From positions 10,531,401-10,581,542 of the forward strand of contig NC_068991.1 of the NCBI RefSeq assembly GCF_001194135.2: 50,142 bases of DNA, in the 5' to 3' direction. Every line of letters begins with the position of its first letter. Positions within the stretch are counted from its first letter, which is position 1. The translations under genes were made by a program, and so were the position numbers. Positions 1-9,826 of the stretch are shown one piece after another. Source of the stretch: Octopus bimaculoides. Its lineage: Eukaryota. The notes below the pieces were generated by a model. The model was not told the origin of the DNA. It saw only the letters and a list, made by a program, of their open reading frames with translations, and made no database searches.

Positions 1-164
1 CAATAAGTCTTTCCTCTGATGTCAGGGGTTGATGGGTGGAGGAGGAGAGGATCCGTTCTAATTTCAGTTCATTTCAATTTGTGTGTATGTATGTGTATGT
101 GTGTGCTTATATACACATATAAATAAATACTCAATACACACTGCTACATACGTGTGCATGACCA

Positions 165-218
<54 letters not shown>

Positions 219-562
219 TGCACACCTGGTCCAGTCTGATGTTTTATTGCAGGCCGGTGGCAATTACAACAGGTGTAGATGAAGGGAAATACAGAAGAAG
301 TAAGCTAGGTGAGGTCTGACAGAAGAGGGCAAGATCTAAAGACATGAACGTGTTAGCTGTTAGCGTTGGAGTTCAGCAATGGGGACTGAGGAGGAGGAAG
401 AAGATATATATTTTGAATGTGGTGTAGTGCTGGGCCAGACAAGCAAGGGAGGTGAGACCAGTCTAAAACCAGCTTTTGTTGTTACTAGCTGTTATTTTGT
501 AATTTGATTCCACTCCATAGACGAATGTTGGTGTATTTAATTTATATATACTCTAACTGTGT

Positions 563-945
563 GGAGGCACAATGGCCCAGTGGTTAGGGCAGCGGACTCA
601 CGATCATAGCATCGCGGTTTTGATTCCCAGACCGGGCGTTGTGAGTGTTTATTGAGCGAAAACACCTAAAGCTCCATGAGACTCCAGCAGGGGATGGTGG
701 CGAACCCTGCTCTACTCTTTCACCACAACTTTCTCTCACTCTTTCTTCCTATTTCTGTTGTGCCTGTATTTCAAAAGGTCAGCCTTGTCACACTCTGTGT
801 CACACTGAATATCCCCCGAGAACTACGTTAAGGGTTCACGTGTCTGTGGAGTGCTCAGCCACTTGCACGTTAATTTCACGCGCAGGCTGTTCCGTTGATC
901 GGATCAACTGGAACCCTCGTCGTCGTAAGCGACGGAGTGCCAACA
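563..945 (+). mobile_element. tRNA-derived SINE family A, full length, with 13-bp target-site duplication
   Basis: tRNA-like head (A box tggcccagtgg, B box ggttttgattccc), body, and 3' end gacggagtgccaac(aac). Flanked by the direct repeat actctaactgtgt at 550-562 and 946-958. Near-identical copies at 4912-5300 and 46196-46573. Confidence 0.9.
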
Positions 946-1089
946 ACTCTAACTGTGTCTGGCTAAATTTCTAATGATAAACATTCCCTATGTATTTATG
1001 TATTACACAATTAAGTTGGAGGGATTTTATAAAATAACTTTATCATTAATTAAGCTGATGTTTAGAATACAACTTAAAAGACATGTATG

Positions 1090-1119
<30 letters not shown>

Positions 1120-1120
<1 letters not shown>

Positions 1121-1510
1121 TTTAGTTGTTTCAGTCATTAGACTAGGGCCATGCTGGGGCACTACCTTGAATTTTTAGTCGAATGAATTGACCCCAGTAC
1201 TTCCTTTTTTTAAGCCAGGCACTGATTTTATCACTCTTTTGCCAAACCATTAAGTCATGGAAACATAAACATACCAACACCGGTTGTCAGGCAGTGGTGG
1301 AGACAAACACAGAATCAAAACACGCTCACACATACACACACACATGTATGTATATGATGGGCTTCTTTCAGTTTCCATCTACCAAATCCACTCACAAGGC
1401 TTTGGTCGGGCTGAGGCTAAAGTAGAAGACGCCTGCCTAAGGTGCCACAAAGTGGGACTGAACCTGAAACCATGTGGTTAGGAAGCGATCTTCTTACCAC
1501 ATGGCCACAT
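1120..1510 (-). mobile_element. SINE family B, diverged copy
   Basis: Reverse complement aligns with 7081-7497 over both halves (gtttcagtcatt..ggccatgctgg; tttcagtttccatctaccaaatccactcacaaggctttgg). Confidence 0.8.
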
Positions 1511-2424
1511 ATAATAGTTGTTGTTTAGCTCCATGCAAGACTTTATGAAGGAAGCATTTAACATGTTCTAGCCATGGCGATCCTGTCTGTTTGTCAGGCA
1601 TAGTTTATCTTCAACCATATTATCCAATCTAATCTGTCCCACTTTTTTTCAAGGTGACAAGCTATAATCTGAGGGTAATTTGGCTGCTACTTCTGGCAGA
1701 TGGTTTGACTTAAGTAGAAGTTCCCTCTGCTGTTGCATTATATTATTTTCTCATTCGAAGAAGAAAATATTTTTGTTAATTTCTTTTATAGCAAGTTTTT
1801 AAATTTCTAATTCCTCCTGGTTTTTATTTTTTTTGTTTTTCCTGTTTTAACCAAAACGTACCAGCTCAGAATACAAATATGTCATTTTAATGGTTTAGAT
1901 TTTATAGTGAAGTAGTTTCAAGTATCAAATAGCGCCAGTATTCTACTGTGGAACAGTGAATTAGCTCAGCTAGTATTGCTAGTTCTCTAATGGAAATGTA
2001 ATAGCTACCTATATGAATCCTTAACTGCCAACACAGTTGAAAATTCACAGCAATTTCTCCAGCCTTTAAACAACTACTTTACGTCTTTTTCAATTTACCA
2101 TCAGATTTCTCTATTTAACAGACTTTCAGCAGATATGTCTTTTAAATAATCCTTCGAAATGTCTCCCAATGTGTATTTAGTTGAATTATTTTTTTTTTCC
2201 TTTTATGTAATACAGGCGGGAGTATTTTGTCTTTGTTGTTTAGTACCGACCACCTCCACCATACTCCCAGTCAATACTGTCTGAGCAAAGCAATGATCAA
2301 TAGTGTTCTATCATTTGTAGGGACAGCTAAGATTACGTTCTTTTATATGTGTGAAAGGACACAGTCTTCAATGTCCTTAGAAATGATTATATATATACAT
2401 ATATACGCACACACATATATTCAC

Positions 2425-2593
2425 CATCATCATCATCATCATCGTTTAACGTCCGCTTTCCATGCTAGCATGGGTTGGACGATTTGACTGAGGACTGGTA
2501 CAACCTGATGGCTACACCAGGCTCCAATCTAATTTGGCAGAGTTTCTACGGCTGGATGCCCTTCCTAACGCCCTTCCTATATGCCCTTCCTAT
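2425..2593 (-). mobile_element. Retroposon 3' end, family E, with (gat)n tail
   Basis: (cat)n-cgtttaacgtccgctttccatgctagcatgggttggacgatttgactgagg, almost identical to 27553-27722 and to the reverse of 11520-11647. Confidence 0.85.
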
Positions 2594-3233
2594 NNNNNNN
2601 NNNNNNNNNNNNNNNNNNNNNNNNNNNNNNNNNNNNNNNNNNNNNNNNNNNNNNNNNNNNNNNNNNNNNNNNNNNNNNNNNNNNNNNNNNNNNNNNNNNN
2701 NNNNNNNNNNNNNNNNNNNNNNNNNNNNNNNNNNNNNNNNNNNNNNNNNNNNNNNNNNNNNNNNNNNNNNNNNNNNNNNNNNNNNNNNNNNNNNNNNNNN
2801 NNNNNNNNNNNNNNNNNNNNNNNNNNNNNNNNNNNNNNNNNNNNNNNNNNNNNNNNNNNNNNNNNNNNNNNNNNNNNNNNNNNNNNNNNNNNNNNNNNNN
2901 NNNNNNNNNNNNNNNNNNNNNNNNNNNNNNNNNNNNNNNNNNNNNNNNNNNNNNNNNNNNNNNNNNNNNNNNNNNNNNNNNNNNNNNNNNNNNNNNNNNN
3001 NNNNNNNNNNNNNNNNNNNNNNNNNNNNNNNNNNNNNNNNNNNNNNNNNNNNNNNNNNNNNNNNNNNNNNNNNNNNNNNNNNNNNNNNNNNNNNNNNNNN
3101 NNNNNNNNNNNNNNNNNNNNNNNNNNNNNNNNNNNNNNNNNNNNNNNNNNNNNNNNNNNNNNNNNNNNNNNNNNNNNNNNNNNNNNNNNNNNNNNNNNNN
3201 NNNNNNNNNNNNNNNNNNNNNNNNNNNNNATAT

Positions 3234-3278
<45 letters not shown>

Positions 3279-3742
3279 CTCTTGTATCTTACTGGGGTAC
3301 TGGCCTTGAAAACACACACACACACAGGGTTCCTTAAGCAAGTATCTTCTGTTATAATTTCAGGCTAATGTCTCTTTGTAATTGGAATTGGTATATGGAA
3401 ACTGATAAGCAGTTTGGTGTATGTGTGTGTTTGTCAGCGAGAATGTTGCATCCATGTTTTCTCATTAGCCTTACTTGTGTTTTTATTTACAACCTCCTGT
3501 AAGCAAAAACCCTGTAGTTTCAACAGTTTTGTTTTTTTCTTAGTTTTCCAGGCTGGCATCCAGAAGACAAAAATGCAAATCTTCTAGAATTCTAAAATGC
3601 CAGAAGAGTAGCAGCTTCTGAAAAATCTTACAACTCAGTGTGTTAGTTTTCTAACTTGATAGTGCATGATTTTAAAATCTGCTGAGATGCAATTTCGGTG
3701 ACTCTTGGAATTTGCAAACCTATTGCACCTACTCTAATGTAA

Positions 3743-3776
<34 letters not shown>

Positions 3777-3989
3777 ATTCACACATGATAGGCAAGCTGG
3801 AGAATTTCGTTGGTTTCTTTCCTTCGTTTTCTCTTTCCTTTGTGTTTTCATTTTCCCTTCCTTTCTTTCCACCTTTCATCATCTTTTTCTTCATTTTCTT
3901 TCTTTTGCTATTCCATTCATTCTTTTATCCCTTCTTTACTCCCCTATCTTCCCCTCTGCATTGACATTAGGGATCCATCCGTTGATGCA

Positions 3990-4350
3990 TTGTTTCAATC
4001 ATTCATGATCTACCATTTAATGATCTTCCACTTAATGAGTTATTTCAATCATTAATCATCAAACCTTTAATGTACTTTCTTAATTATTAATGATTAATAT
4101 GTTGTTTTAACCATTCGCGGTACTGATCCAACCTTTATTTACCGTGTTTTAATCACTAATAATCCATCATTTGATGTGTTATTTTAATAAATCATTGGTC
4201 CTTTGGTGTTTAATCATTAATGATTAATGTGTAGTTTGAATCATTAATCATTGGTCCTTTAATGTGTTTTTTTAATCAGTAATCATTAGTTTTTTTCAAT
4301 ACGTGTTGTTTTAATCATTAACAATCAACTGTGTAATGTGTTGTTTTAAT
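3990..4350 (+). repeat. Degenerate AT-rich minisatellite
   Basis: Recurring tgtgttgttttaatcattaatcattggtccttt-like units about 100 nt upstream of the 4452 acceptor. Confidence 0.6.
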
Positions 4351-4451
4351 ATACGACGTTGATATTATTTGAATGACATATTATTGATGTAACACATTAA
4401 ACTTGTTTATAAATGTCGCTTACTTTCTCCGATCCTTCTACTTTTGACCAG

Positions 4452-4646
4452 GAAACCTTCACCCAGGTGAACAGCGGACAAGTTTATCACATGAGTTATC
4501 ACACAGCAATGCAAATCAGAAACATGTCATTCGATATCACTTACGGCGACGAGAAGTTGCGGAAATTACAGTTCCATCGCTGGCCACGCCCCCTGTTCCG
4601 ACCAAAAGAAGGAAGCAGACGAAGGTTACATGTGGGACTGATACAA
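4452..4646 (+). CDS. FBXO11: FBXO11 internal coding exon (N-terminal low-conservation region, phase 1-1, 195 nt)
   Basis: Acceptor ccttctacttttgaccag| at 4451 and donor ACAA|gtgagt at 4647. Open frame: (xGA)NLHPGEQRTSLSHELSHSNANQKHVIRYHLRRREVAEITVPSLATPPVPTKRRKQTKVTCGTDT. YHLRRR resembles the YQLRRK motif, and KRRKQTK the RAKRAR basic patch, of vertebrate FBXO11 as I recall it. The final A joins AT of the 23614 exon in frame (N-TSGEEYFQ). This frame is not in the supplied ORF track. Confidence 0.75.
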
Positions 4647-4674
4647 GTGAGTGCTATATTTCTTATTGGTTTAA

Positions 4675-4890
4675 GGTGGTGAGCTGGCAGAATTGTTAGT
4701 AGACCAAGCAAAATGCTTAGCGACATTATGTACATCTTTATGTTCTGAGTTCAAATTCTGACAAGATCAACTTTGCCTTTCATTCTTTCGAGGTTGATAA
4801 AATAAGTATCAGTTGAGCACTGGGGTCGATGATGTAACCATCTTATCCCCTCTTCTGAAATTGCTGGCCTTGTGCCAAAATTTGAATCCA
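4675..4890 (+). mobile_element. tRNA-like SINE family D
   Basis: ggtggtgagctggcagaattgttag head, gagttcaaattc B-box-like motif, tttcattctttcgaggttgataaaataagta..ctggggtcgat body and gccttgtgccaaaatttgaa tail. Starts only 28 nt after the exon donor at 4647. Confidence 0.8.
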
Positions 4891-4911
4891 ATGTATGTTA
4901 TTGATTACTTT

Positions 4912-5300
4912 GTGGAGGCGCAATGGCCCACTGGTTAGGGCAGCGGACTCGCGGTCATAGGTTCGCGGTTTCGATTCCCAGACCGGGCGTTGTGAGTGTT
5001 TATTGAGCGAAAACACCTAAAGCTCCACGAGGCTCCGGCAGGGGATGGTGGTGAACCCTGCTGTACTCTTTCACCACAACTTTCTCTCACTCTTACTTCC
5101 TGTTTCTGTTGTGCCTGTAATTCAAAGGGTCAGCCTTGTCACATTATGCCACGCTGAATATCCCCGAGAACTACGTTAAGGGTACATGTGTCTGTGGAGT
5201 GCTCAGCCACTTGCACGTTAATTTCACGAGCAGGCTGTTCCGTTGATCTGATCAACTGGACCCCTCGACGTCGTAAGCGATGGAGTGCCAACAACAACAA
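4912..5300 (+). mobile_element. SINE family A, full length
   Basis: Matches 563-945 throughout and ends in an (aac)n tail. The head ggcagcggactcgcggtcatagg..ggtttcgattccc resembles tRNA-Arg. Confidence 0.9.
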
Positions 5301-5304
5301 ACAA

Positions 5305-5660
5305 ATGCATGTGTCAGTAACACAAGTCTCAGATTTATCACTCAGTGGTTGTCCAGGTGAAATAGTGCTTATCCTTCGACCAATCAGATCTTTTGTATGT
5401 ATCTGTTAGCATCACTGTCTCAGTTATCTGAGCCAGTGTATATTAGTGTATTTAGTGAATGTATCAATTTCATTTAATTTGGATGTGTGTATGTATCAGT
5501 AACGCGATTTCAGATTTATCAGTCTGTGGTTGTCCAGGTGAAATAATGGTTATGCTTCAACCAATCAGATCTTTCATATGTGTCTATTAGTAATACCATC
5601 TCGGTTATGTAAGCTGGCAGGTGTAGTGTATTTGTAAGCGTGTCAGTTTGGAAGTATGTT
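5305..5660 (+). repeat. Diverged ~181-bp tandem duplication
   Basis: gtggttgtccaggtgaaata at 5345 and 5526, with cagatttatca and ccaatcagatcttt repeated at the same spacing. Confidence 0.75.
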
Positions 5661-5964
5661 GGTGTGTATCAAGTAGATTTGTGATTTAGTGCTTGTCGAC
5701 GTGAAGTATGGGCTTGAGCATATTTTTTCTCTGTCTGTATCAACAACATTTGTTTCAGATACGTGAGTCATTATTGGTTGTATGTAGTGTATTGGTGAGT
5801 GTTTCACTGCCTGTTAGTGTGCATGGCCTTCAGTGGATGTTGTTTTAGGTCATCTGAATGGATATTGATAATGCTGTCCCAGATATGTAGGCCAGTGGTT
5901 GTAGGTAGCTGTGATTATCCCTCAGTCAGCCAGAGCATCTTTTGGACGTGTGAGTCTAGGATGC

Positions 5965-6048
<84 letters not shown>

Positions 6049-6213
6049 CACCAACATTGTCCCAGATATGTGAACCAGTAGGTTGTACTGTTAATCACTG
6101 CCATTCAGTGAGAGTGTTGTTTGGATAGCTCTTGTAGTTGATAATAACATTGAATACCATACAGTTGTTGCTTTGTTCTCTTTCTGATATATTTATAGAT
6201 ATATGTGTGTGTG

Positions 6214-6260
<47 letters not shown>

Positions 6261-6552
6261 ACACACTCATGCATGTGTGAAGAAAGTTGGGTTGTCATAG
6301 ATAACCCAAGACTATCATTTGAGATAACCTATTTTTCTTTAAAACTATTTGAAATGGAATAAACATGAAGTTGACTCGGAATGACATCTATTTCAACATG
6401 CAGGATAACATAATCAAACTGAGTCACTAAGGGAGCCTTTATATGGTCAGTCAGTCTGACAGAAATAGCAGTCAAATCTTCCTTAAATTACATTCTGCTG
6501 TCTTAATAAAAAAAAAAGAGGGACATATTGGATGTTGTAGTAGTGCATCATC

Positions 6553-6865
6553 ATGGTTAGGTGCAGAGGGTTTGCAAGCCAGTTCCTCTGCAGGGCATAC
6601 AATGTATTTGGCACCATAGGGGCCTGTAGGTAGAAGGCCATCTGGCTGGCTGTGGACGCAGTAGAGGCTGCTTCATGAGGGCTATGGATCAGGAGGTGTC
6701 TGGAAAGAGCAGTGTTGTTAGGGGTCGCGTTAACTGGACACAAGCTGGGGGATTGATCAATCCTGGCTGGGTTACCTGGGTTGAGTGTGTCTGATGTTAA
6801 TTGACCCCAAACAACTAATGACCCCTGGAAGCATTACCGATGATGTGTTCAGGTGCATCACAGGA
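6553..6865 (+). mobile_element. HERO-clade non-LTR retrotransposon, 3' remnant (end of restriction-like-endonuclease ORF plus 3' UTR)
   Basis: Frame from 6553 reads MVRCRGFASQFLCRAYNVFGTIGACR*KAIWLAVDAVEAAS*GLWIRR. This matches the recalled HERO terminal motif EVGCRGF...SL.RA...LG..G..RR.AI.....AAE.AS.WLW.RR. It is followed by ggacacaagctgggg..gatcaatcctggctgggttacctggg..gtctgatgtt..gatgatgtgt, resembling the HERO 3' UTR. Confidence 0.75.
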
Positions 6866-7080
6866 TGATGGGTGGAAAAAACAAGATGTCGTAGTTGCAA
6901 TACATTTCATTGGCTACAAGAAAATTCACTGACTGTTACTTACTTATCAATAATTCATCAATTAGTAAATACACCTACATGCAATTAACCAATTAACATA
7001 TTAACCAATGGCAAATTATTAATTAATGTCTTGAGTTCAATAAAGGAATAAAAAAAAAATAGAAAAAAGAAATAGTTATA

Positions 7081-7497
7081 GGCGTAGGAGTGGCTGTGTG
7101 GTAAGTAACTTGCTTACCAACCACATGGTTCCAGGTTCAGTCCCACTGCGTGGCACCTTGGGCAAGTGTCTTCTACTATAGCCTCAGGCCAACCAAAGCC
7201 TTGTGAGTGGATTTGGTAGACGGAAACTGAAAGAAGCCTGTCGTATATATGTATATATATATATGTATGTGTGTGTATATGTTTGCGTGTCTGTGTTTGT
7301 CCCCCCAACATCGCTTGACAACCGATGGTGGTGTGTTTACGTCCCCGTAACTTAGCGGCTCGGCAAAAGAGACCGATAGAATAAGTACTAGGCTTCAAAA
7401 GAATAAGTCCTGGGGTCGATTTGCTCGACTAAAGGCGGTGCTCCAGCATGGCCACAGTCAAAATGACTCAAACAAGTAAAAGAGTAAAGAGTAAAAA
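7081..7497 (+). mobile_element. tRNA-derived SINE family B, full length, young copy
   Basis: A box tggctgtgtgg, B box ggttcagtccc, conserved body (ccttgggcaagtgtcttctactatagcc..ggatttggtagacggaaactgaaagaagcc), central (TA)/(TG) microsatellite and (gagtaaa) tail. About 20 related copies or fragments occur in the window. Confidence 0.9.
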
Positions 7498-7774
7498 GTA
7501 TTACACACAAAAATTATTCTTAAAGTATGAAAACAGTGATTACAGCATTGAAAGGCTTTCTGAAATGCGATATCATAAATCTCTTAAATATTAAATGATA
7601 ACATTGTTAGGTTCACAGTTCACAACGAGTCTGTATATTCTTTCAGCACAGTTGCAATATTTCCATCTCTTCAAAGGATTCCATTGCTGTTATGAACTAT
7701 TGGTTGTAAAATTGATGCCAGTAAGTTGCTGTTAGTAAAATTGCTATTAGTGAATTTTTCTGTACACGCCTTAA

Positions 7775-7995
7775 CCCTTTAGTGTTTAAACCCGCCATAT
7801 CCCGGCCGAAATATTCTACATATCTTATATTCAAACTGGCGATATCTAACCTCTCACACCTAACCTACATTGGCATTCTAAAAATAAACAATCACATCAT
7901 TGAAACCTCGAAGCTATAAAATAATAAATGTTTAGTTCTAAATAATTTGAGTGAAAAATTACTACATTTAACAGAGTAATCTGAATACTAAAGGG
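7775..7995. mobile_element. piggyBac-type MITE (TTAA target-site duplication)
   Basis: TTAA(7771-7774)-CCCTTTAGTGTTTAAA ... TCTGAATACTAAAGGG-TTAA(7996-7999). TIRs match at 13/16, 221 bp, no ORF. A second copy lies at 25361-25978. Confidence 0.85.
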
Positions 7996-8284
7996 TTAAA
8001 CTAATGAGTGAGTTGAACTAGAATGAAGCTCAAGTTAAACAATGATAACATCATCATCATCATAGTCATCATCATCATTGTTATCATTATTGTTGTTTTT
8101 GGCATGGGTTAGATGAAACTTTGACGGTGTGTTTTTCCGTTCGCGAACCCTTATCTTTTTTTCCATTTGCCTCCAGCTTGACACCCCCCCCCCACACACA
8201 CACTTGTCAAAAGCAGTGAAGCTGTTAAAATTATAAATCTTAAACAGAGACCATTTTCGCTCAGGCACTCCATCAGTTAAGACG

Positions 8285-8445
8285 AGTGTTCCACTCAATC
8301 TAATCAATGGAATAGCTTGCTCGTGAAATTCATGTGCAAGTGGTTGAGCACTCCACAGACATGCATACTCTTGACACAGATTCTCAGGAAGATTCAGCGT
8401 AACACAGAATATAACAAGGCCGGCCCATTGAATTACAGGTACAAC
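8285..8445 (-). mobile_element. SINE family A, diverged 3' fragment
   Basis: Reverse complement of the family A tail (cgtgaaatt..gtgcaagtggttgagcactccacagac..ttgaattacaggtacaac). Confidence 0.7.
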
Positions 8446-9211
8446 TCATTTTTGCCAGCTGAGTGGACCGAGTGGCAGGTGGATAGGGTNNNNNNNNNNN
8501 NNNNNNNNNNNNNNNNNNNNNNNNNNNNNNNNNNNNNNNNNNNNNNNNNNNNNNNNNNNNNNNNNNNNNNNNNNNNNNNNNNNNNNNNNNNNNNNNNNNN
8601 NNNNNNNNNNNNNNNNNNNNNNNNNNNNNNNNNNNNNNNNNNNNNNNNNNNNNNNNNNNNNNNNNNNNNNNNNNNNNNNNNNNNNNNNNNNNNNNNNNNN
8701 NNNNNNNNNNNNNNNNNNNNNNNNNNNNNNNNNNNNNNNNNNNNNNNNNNNNNNNNNNNNNNNNNNNNNNNNNNNNNNNNNNNNNNNNNNNNNNNNNNNN
8801 NNNNNNNNNNNNNNNNNNNNNNNNNNNNNNNNNNNNNNNNNNNNNNNNNNNNNNNNNNNNNNNNNNNNNNNNNNNNNNNNNNNNNNNNNNNNNNNNNNNN
8901 NNNNNNNNNNNNNNNNNNNNNNNNNNNNNNNNNNNNNNNNNNNNNNNNNNNNNNNNNNNNNNNNNNNNNNNNNNNNNNNNNNNNNNNNNNNNNNNNNNNN
9001 NNNNNNNNNNNNNNNNNNNNNNNNCATACCATAACTGGTAAGCAACCTGCTTTTACAATAAGTATCAGTAATGTTTTCAAATTTAGTTCAGTTTATATGC
9101 AGTAAAGGAGACAAATTTATTTTAAAATGGAAGAATTTTCTTGAAATGTCAAGATTCCTGTTTGACTATAGTAGACAAATTTATCTAAATTTGTGAACAT
9201 CACTGTAATTT

Positions 9212-9247
<36 letters not shown>

Positions 9248-9791
9248 ATAAATATATATAATCTGGAAACTTTAAACATTATTTTCAGAAATTAATTAGT
9301 TTTAGATAGAAATTTCTATTTAAACAGTGAAAAAAAAAAATACAAACAAAAAGACGCTATTAATTATGATGTTAATTATGCTGTTAATTAAGTTGTTAAT
9401 TATTGATTTATGGTACATATACGAATTGTTGTTTAGCTCAAAGCCAGCTCTTGATCAAGTTGACCTATAATGAAAGACACTCCAGCCACGACCATCCTAT
9501 CTTATTCTGGGATAGTGTCTCCAGGTCTGTATTATCCAATGTACCTTCTTTGTTAAGATGAGCTGTTGCACAAGGGGAATTTTGCTGTGATTTCTAGCAG
9601 GTCGAGTGACTATAGAAAGTCTAATGAATTTGGAGTTATAAGCTTTGAGTTATTTAGTTTTGTTCTTTCATGTTTTGAGTTCATATTCCACTGAGATCAA
9701 CTTTGTCTTTTAGCCTTCCAGGGTCAATAAAATAAGTGAACTTGAGTCATTTAAATTGACTCCACTCCAGAAATCTGTGGCCTTGTGTTTA

Positions 9792-9826
<35 letters not shown>

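Noticed and set aside
645-974. Recurring peptide VSVECSATCTLISRAGCSVD (also 5188-5409 and 46055-46306)
   Set aside because: It is a translation of SINE family A, not a gene family.
2215-2300. Minus-strand DSIDWEYGGGGRY* or plus-strand tacag| candidate exons
   Set aside because: They are short, have no partner exon, and show no recognisable homology.
4912-4985. tRNA genes at SINE heads (also 563, 7081, 47848)
   Set aside because: A and B boxes are present but there is no complete cloverleaf, and each runs into a multicopy SINE body.
7114-7398. Recurring peptide QIHSQGFGWPEAIVEDTCPRCH (also 25411-25821, 42177-42386 and others)
   Set aside because: It is the antisense translation of SINE family B.
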